From the NCBI GenBank assembly GCA_965248925.1, contig CBDFLE010000006.1:448001-512000 (forward strand): a DNA stretch of 64,000 bases. Direction: 5' to 3'. Origin of the DNA: Candidatus Multivoradales bacterium (GTDB lineage Bacteria > Acidobacteriota > Thermoanaerobaculia > Multivoradales > J023). Position 1 is the stretch's first letter. Every line of letters begins with the position of its first letter. The translations under genes were made by a program, and so were the position numbers. Shown piece by piece: positions 58,873 through 64,000 of this stretch. The notes beneath the pieces are model-generated. The model was given only the letters and a program-made list of their open reading frames with translations. It did not search any database and was not told the origin of the DNA.

Positions 58873-59489
58873 GAGCCCGTCTCCGTGGCAGGGGCCGTTG
58901 GTGTCCCGTTGCCGATCGTCTCCCGGAACCGGAGCTGCCCGTCCTGAATCTCGCCGATCGCCACTTCGATCTGAAGCCGGCCGAACCGCGTGCCCGTGCA
59001 GAGGTGGATTTCAGGCGGCTCAGCAGTTGTCGAATCATCGATCTGGTGCTCCAGGCCTACTTCGGCAACGTGCAGGAACTCCCGCACCGCGACCAGGATC
59101 GAGACACAGGTTCCTGGCAGCATCTGCGCTGCCAAGATACTGGGTGCAGACGAAGCCGGCGTGAGGATGTCCCTGATTCCAGAGGCTGCGACGAGCAAGC
59201 CGCGTAGAGCCTGCTGCATGCGGAGTTGGAGTACGGGATCGGCGGGACGGGTGTCCCCGAGCCCGAGTGCCGGGTCGTCGAGATCCCCGACCAGGGTGGG
59301 CAGACGATCGAACTCGATGGAGTCCAGTGCCTGTCGGCACCCTGAGGAGGTGTCACCCCCGCCTCTGTCAGGAGACAATGTAGGACCGAGGGCGGTGAAG
59401 TTTGCCCTCGTACCGGCAGCGACTTCGGAAAGTTCTCTCAGGACCCGACTTTGGTCCTCAGGAAGAGTAGAATTCGGCTGGTCACTCAT
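58869..59489 (-). CDS. hypothetical protein coupled to symE-like gene
   Basis: GGAGGA RBS; ATGA overlap. Confidence 0.55.
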   Translation of the reverse strand: MSDQPNSTLPEDQSRVLRELSEVAAGTRANFTALGPTLSPDRGGGDTSSGCRQALDSIEFDRLPTLVGDLDDPALGLGDTRPADPVLQLRMQQALRGLLVAASGIRDILTPASSAPSILAAQMLPGTCVSILVAVREFLHVAEVGLEHQIDDSTTAEPPEIHLCTGTRFGRLQIEVAIGEIQDGQLRFRETIGNGTPTAPATETGS

Positions 59490-59649
59490 GGTGCTAATCC
59501 TCCACGGGTGGCTAGGCTCGGCGAGGTGTGACAGCACTCCGTCGGGCCGCTATTGTTTGCGGGGCATCTTCGCCCCATGTTCAAGTCACCATACCAAGCT
59601 GCACGCATACATGCAAGCGTGCACGCCGCTTAGGCTATCCTTAGGACTC

Positions 59650-59841
59650 ATGGCGAAACGGAAGACTGGACCTCGAGGAGGCAGCACGACCGTCACCGCT
59701 GGCGGAATGCTCAAGAAGACGATCTACCTCGATACCGAGGAGTGGGAAGCTCTGCGCCAAAAGAGCTTCGAAGAGAATCGGCCGATCTCGGAGATTGTCC
59801 GAGAGTTAATCAGGAACGGGCTTGAGCTGGATGAGAGCTGA
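59650..59841 (+). CDS. ribbon-helix-helix (CopG-like) protein
   Basis: KKTIYLDTEEWEALRQKS..RPISEIVRELIR. Confidence 0.8.
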   Translation: MAKRKTGPRGGSTTVTAGGMLKKTIYLDTEEWEALRQKSFEENRPISEIVRELIRNGLELDES

Positions 59842-60069
59842 TCGAAGAAACTAGGGTGATTGGAGATCGTAGCCGGAGAAGAGCTGAGCAGGACCATCGA
59901 GGATGGGCAGCGCCGCAGCCCTTCCCAATGAGCTTCCGCTTCCACGGCTGCCGTGCTGGTCTTACAGTGAGACGACTCTCTTCCTGTCTTTGTCTTCCCA
60001 AAAAAACTGCGCTCTCTTCCTCACCTGCTGGCACGTCTTCTTGGTTCGCCTTGGCGCTGGCTTCTGGGC

Positions 60070-61464
60070 ATGTTCCGCTCGCGGGTCCATGGCGATGCTC
60101 GATGGATGAGCGGACGGGAGCGGGCTCGGTTCCTGGCGCCAGAGAACAAAGGGCTCATCCTGTCTCCTCGGCATCGATTGCGGCGACAGGACTCCTTCAC
60201 GAACCTGGTGCTGGTGGCGCCAACCGGATCTGGGAAGACGACACGCTACGTGATTCCGAACGTCCTCCACGTCCAGGGATCGGTGGTCGTCACCGATCCT
60301 TCCGGAGAGATCTACCAACGGACCTCGGGACACTTGCAGAGTCGGGGGTTCGGGATACAGGTGCTGGCTCCGGGGGAGGTCGCCAAGAGTGAGCGCTTCA
60401 ACCCGCTCTCGTTCTGGTCGAAACCGCAGGAGCTGCGGCAGCTCGCGACCATTCTCGGAATGAGCGTTCAGGGTCGGAGTGCTGACCCATTTTGGTCCAC
60501 GTCGGCGATCAACTTGCTCTGGCTCGGTTTGGCAGCACTGGTGAATGTCGAGGCGGAGCAGTTCATCAACCTCGGGAATCTTCGCTGGCTGCTCAACCAT
60601 CTTGGCGGAGATCGCGGCGCCCTAGATGCCTTCATGGTTCGCCATCTTGGCGAGCAAGAGGCCGTCCTTGCAGAATACCGCGCCTTCTGCGCTCAGGATC
60701 CGAAGGTTTTGGCGTCTATCTTGTCGAGCGCCCGAGCCGCGCTCGAGATGTGGGCGGACGAAGACATTTGTCGCTTGACGGCGCGGAACACGATCGACAT
60801 CGCCGCTCTCCGCCAGAAACCGACGGCCATCTACATCGTGGTGCCAGAGCACCAGATCCAGTACTTCGGTCAGCTCGTCAACCTCTTCTACTCGGCCTGC
60901 TTCGCTCACTGTCTGACCAGCGGTGGCGATCAGGGTTCGTCCTCCTCCTCCCGAGATCTTCCCGTGTACTTCTTCCTCGACGAGTTCGGGAACCTCGGGT
61001 ACATCCACGACATCGCCTCGGTCATCACCACGCTGCGCAAACGTCGCTGCTCCGTCAGCCTGATCCTCCAAGAGCTGTCCCAGCTCCGCGCAGTCTATGG
61101 TCCCGACGCGGCACGAACGATCTTCTCCGGGGGGTGCGCCAACAAGCTCTTCTTCGCCGGCCTCGATCTGGAAACCGCTCTCTACGTCGAACAAGCACTC
61201 GGTCAGAATACCGAGTACGACACCACGTTCGGCGGGATCGATGATCGCGCGCGGACTCTGGCCGTTCCCCTCCTTCGATCCGATGAAATGCGGAGGCTGC
61301 CTGCCGAGGATGCGGTTTTGATCTCTGGTCGCCAGCGACCGGCAAGAATCGAATTGCCGCCCTATTTCCTGGTGCCTTCGCTACAGCGGCTCGCTAAGAT
61401 CCCGCCAGCACCGTTCCGCAGGTCGGATGAGGGAGAGGCGCTGCCTTTCCTTGATTTGAGCTGA
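60070..61464 (+). CDS. VirD4/TraG-like type IV coupling protein
   Basis: HGDARW, APTGSGKT..VIPN, VVTDPSGE, FNPL, DPFW, FLDEFGNLG, LQELSQL..YG. Confidence 0.9.
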   Translation: MFRSRVHGDARWMSGRERARFLAPENKGLILSPRHRLRRQDSFTNLVLVAPTGSGKTTRYVIPNVLHVQGSVVVTDPSGEIYQRTSGHLQSRGFGIQVLAPGEVAKSERFNPLSFWSKPQELRQLATILGMSVQGRSADPFWSTSAINLLWLGLAALVNVEAEQFINLGNLRWLLNHLGGDRGALDAFMVRHLGEQEAVLAEYRAFCAQDPKVLASILSSARAALEMWADEDICRLTARNTIDIAALRQKPTAIYIVVPEHQIQYFGQLVNLFYSACFAHCLTSGGDQGSSSSSRDLPVYFFLDEFGNLGYIHDIASVITTLRKRRCSVSLILQELSQLRAVYGPDAARTIFSGGCANKLFFAGLDLETALYVEQALGQNTEYDTTFGGIDDRARTLAVPLLRSDEMRRLPAEDAVLISGRQRPARIELPPYFLVPSLQRLAKIPPAPFRRSDEGEALPFLDLS

Positions 61465-61563
61465 TGCATTCTCCGACAAGGGATGTCCGACCATTCAGAA
61501 CAGAACAGAAATAGGAGGACTCGATGAACAGATCGCACGTTCTCGATCGAATTTGCCGCTATC

Positions 61564-62034
61564 TCACTGAGGTTCACGGGCCTGAATGCACGAGGATAGT
61601 TTGCTTCCGACCTCGGAAAAGCCAGACGGTCCGAATTCTACCTGCCCGCTGTACCTACCAAAGCTAGGAAAGCGCCTTCCGAACATCGGCGTATCGACTA
61701 CTCCAACAGCCATTAGGCTCCAACGACCTCCGGGTCGATCGGCAGGGAGTACGATCTCGAGTTCAAAGGGCGGCTTATCGTCAATCTCCAAGAGCCCTGC
61801 TCCCGAGAGCACTACCCGATCAGGTCGAAACCACCAACCTGTTTGTAATCGAACTTGAAACAAGTTACTGGCCTCTTCCGAGCACACCGGAGTGACACTG
61901 CTAATAAGAACCGCAGGTTCATGGAAAAGAACGCCGAGCACCATCGCAAGAGCTAAGAAGAAGACTGCCGTCAAAATCGCATTTGTTCTCTTGGACACAC
62001 GGATAGATTGATATCTTGCCAAGAAAACTACCAC
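61564..62034 (-). CDS. hypothetical membrane-anchored protein
   Basis: N-terminal TM; lower GC. Confidence 0.55.
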   Translation of the reverse strand: MVVFLARYQSIRVSKRTNAILTAVFFLALAMVLGVLFHEPAVLISSVTPVCSEEASNLFQVRLQTGWWFRPDRVVLSGAGLLEIDDKPPFELEIVLPADRPGGRWSLMAVGVVDTPMFGRRFPSFGRYSGQVEFGPSGFSEVGSKLSSCIQAREPQ

Positions 62035-62049
62035 ATGAAAGGAAAGTAG

Positions 62050-63999
62050 TCAATCCCAACTTCCCAGGTCGCCGGACTCGAAACCGTCCGCAAAAATAAA
62101 TGGCATAGTTTCCACGATGATTCTGATCTCCGAGGTGAACACACCGCTGGTCACTGTGACAAAACTCTCACCGAAAAAGTGGACAGCCAACTCCCCCTCT
62201 CCGTCGACACTCACAACTTCTGGCGCCGAACTCTCGTAGGTAGTGCCGAGAAGGCTAGACCCGACATCACGAATCACCCCGTCCGAGTACTCTCCGAGAA
62301 CATGCAATTGTCTTGGTTGACCAGGAACCACGAGCACCAACGTTTCGGAAAGCAGGCTGATCCCATTTAACTCACTGTTCGGCTGTACTATATAGGACAG
62401 AGACTCCGAACTTGCACCTACTTCCGTCTCGCTATTCCACGCCCAGGCAGTGACTTGCCAGGGGCCTGCTCGTTCTAAGGGAACTTCAGCAAAGAACTGA
62501 AACGTCCCGTTCTCGTCTCGAAGAAATATCCCAGGCCCTACAATTACAGCCTGATCCGCTTCGAGTTCCGGATCCACCACCAGCGTAAATTCGACGACTT
62601 GACCAGGCACTAGAGTCGATCCTTGAGGCGGGCCATTGATGCTCACACTACCCAAAACCACACGCGACTCGATGCCTCTAGAGAAACCTTCTCCCAAAGT
62701 CATGAGAGGCCTCCGACCTACATTCGCTACAGCGGGGAATCTACCAAACCTATTCGATGCCCTTGGGGTATTGAGTAACTCAGCAATCTCTTGACTATAG
62801 AAGGCGCTGCCCGTATTGCCTGGAACTCCTTGGCTTGGCAAACTCAGGTGAACGCCATCAAGACCGGTAATGCGGGGGCTTGCAGCAGAGTCAGCGATTC
62901 CTCCAACCTGACTGTCGATATCTACCAACCCGTCGTTCGCATTCTCCAGGCCCAAGAAAGGTCCTGCGATGCGTACTGCCTTGTACAGGCCCTCAACCGG
63001 GGTTCCTTCAACCTCTTCGGGCGTAACCCGTCCAGACAACGCATGGCCAGGGACAGGTGTGAACTCTATACTTGCCAAAGCGTCACTTCCCTCAGCTAGA
63101 TCCTCAATCGCCCCAAGAATAATTGGTTTGCCAAGTTCGTTTGCCATCTCTACGGCGAACCAGCAAAGATCCGAAAGGCAGTCAGTAAAGAGGAACAGTA
63201 GGTGGTTTGCAAGAGAGGCGCCGAGGTGTGGTGTGTCGAGAGTCACAAGCGAGTTAAAGTCTCCACCTTGATAGTTTGCATCGCGCTGATAGAAGCCTGT
63301 CTGGGCGTAGAGCCGCGCGATCAAACCTCCCATACTGTGCCCGATCACATCGACCTGCGTAACCGCAATCTCTTGCTCTCTGTAATGATTGAATACCTGA
63401 AACAGAGCCGGCACGACTGCATCTGTGTATGTGGAGAAGTGGCCCGCCGCTTGATTATCTCCTGAGTAATCGACGTGCGAGAAGTTCTGAACGAACCTAA
63501 TATCTTCGATCAATGGGAAAGACCATGTTGCCGGACCACTCCAAAGCCCATGAATGAATACGAGTGGAGGTCTCCAGATCTCCAACGGTACAGAGCTTGA
63601 AATCGTCAGCCCTGAAGCAGACTCATAGTTTACGATTACACTCAGAGGGCGCGTTCGAAGAACTTCATCTCCACCTCGATTGAAGTCATCGGGGGCTCTA
63701 TAGTGAGCAAACCCAAAGAAATCACTTTCAACCTCCACAGTAGGCACGAGCAACTCCGTCTCTCTTGCTCCTTGGCCTACGAGAGAGAAACCTCCGTCTT
63801 CAGGAGCCGAGCCGGTGTCAAGTTCGAAGCTCACCTGGCCAACCATTGGAACGCTGACGCGAAACAGGAGGCGGCTGAGGCCATCAGCTGCCACTCCATG
63901 CCTCTCGCTTCCACCATCAATGAGCGCATCTGGGCTCGTCACACCGGCGAATTGCGTCTGAACATCGACTACATCGACGCTGATTGCCGGCGGGCGCAC
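62050..63999 (-). CDS. secreted alpha/beta hydrolase (PGAP1/lipase-like) with Ig-like domains, 5' end outside window
   Basis: VFIHGLWS, GHSMGG, TPHLG, NDGLV; YESSAPEVVSVD; C-terminal IFADGFESGD. Confidence 0.8.
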   Translation of the reverse strand: MRPPAISVDVVDVQTQFAGVTSPDALIDGGSERHGVAADGLSRLLFRVSVPMVGQVSFELDTGSAPEDGGFSLVGQGARETELLVPTVEVESDFFGFAHYRAPDDFNRGGDEVLRTRPLSVIVNYESASGLTISSSVPLEIWRPPLVFIHGLWSGPATWSFPLIEDIRFVQNFSHVDYSGDNQAAGHFSTYTDAVVPALFQVFNHYREQEIAVTQVDVIGHSMGGLIARLYAQTGFYQRDANYQGGDFNSLVTLDTPHLGASLANHLLFLFTDCLSDLCWFAVEMANELGKPIILGAIEDLAEGSDALASIEFTPVPGHALSGRVTPEEVEGTPVEGLYKAVRIAGPFLGLENANDGLVDIDSQVGGIADSAASPRITGLDGVHLSLPSQGVPGNTGSAFYSQEIAELLNTPRASNRFGRFPAVANVGRRPLMTLGEGFSRGIESRVVLGSVSINGPPQGSTLVPGQVVEFTLVVDPELEADQAVIVGPGIFLRDENGTFQFFAEVPLERAGPWQVTAWAWNSETEVGASSESLSYIVQPNSELNGISLLSETLVLVVPGQPRQLHVLGEYSDGVIRDVGSSLLGTTYESSAPEVVSVDGEGELAVHFFGESFVTVTSGVFTSEIRIIVETMPFIFADGFESGDLGSWD

Positions 64000-64000
64000 A

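Larger units (their letters stand above)
39341..64000. mobile_element. tRNA-Thr-integrated integrative mobilisable/conjugative element (continues past window)
   Basis: att fragment, integrase, T4CPs, relaxase, Xis-like HTH, MTase, TA genes, lower-GC cargo. Confidence 0.8.

Noticed and set aside
59903-60109. Frameshifted N-terminus of VirD4 at the A-run near 60000
   Set aside because: Upstream frames show no convincing TM anchor; cannot be supported without homologue alignment

Overview
GC-rich bacterial DNA. Gene families (ECF sigma/anti-sigma/CHAT module, 'ATLLFPxxEVDL' secreted protein, C-terminal 'IFADGFESGD' motif) suggest an Acidobacterium, probably Thermoanaerobaculia-like; this is inference, not a database result. 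1-12 kb: redox/metal-uptake region (MBL hydrolase, porin, Crp/Fnr regulator with two FNR-type boxes, FMN-binding and PepSY proteins, truncated globin, ZnuD-like TonB receptor with Fur-family boxes, VapBC, TetR, decayed genes). 13.1-26.8 kb: a largely translationally coupled operon of ECF sigma, zinc anti-sigma, TPR-CHAT protease, small peptide, C25/gingipain-like protease, membrane caspase and four exported proteins; a repeated beta-rich module is shared by the caspase and three of the four. This is the best candidate for an undescribed proteolytic signalling system. 26.8-36.3 kb: TetR pair, di-haem cytochrome c peroxidase-like gene coupled to phnDCE, sigma remnants, hydrolase. 36.8-39.3 kb: IS6 and toxin-antitoxin debris. 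From a tRNA-Thr(CGT) 3' fragment (att, 39341-39388) to the window end lies an integrative mobilisable/conjugative element. It carries an integrase, two coupling proteins, a Replic_Relax relaxase split by an IS21 with passenger genes, a HEAT gene split by IS4, several TA genes, and an array of small genes each preceded by a repeated hairpin+U-tract leader without a Shine-Dalgarno sequence.
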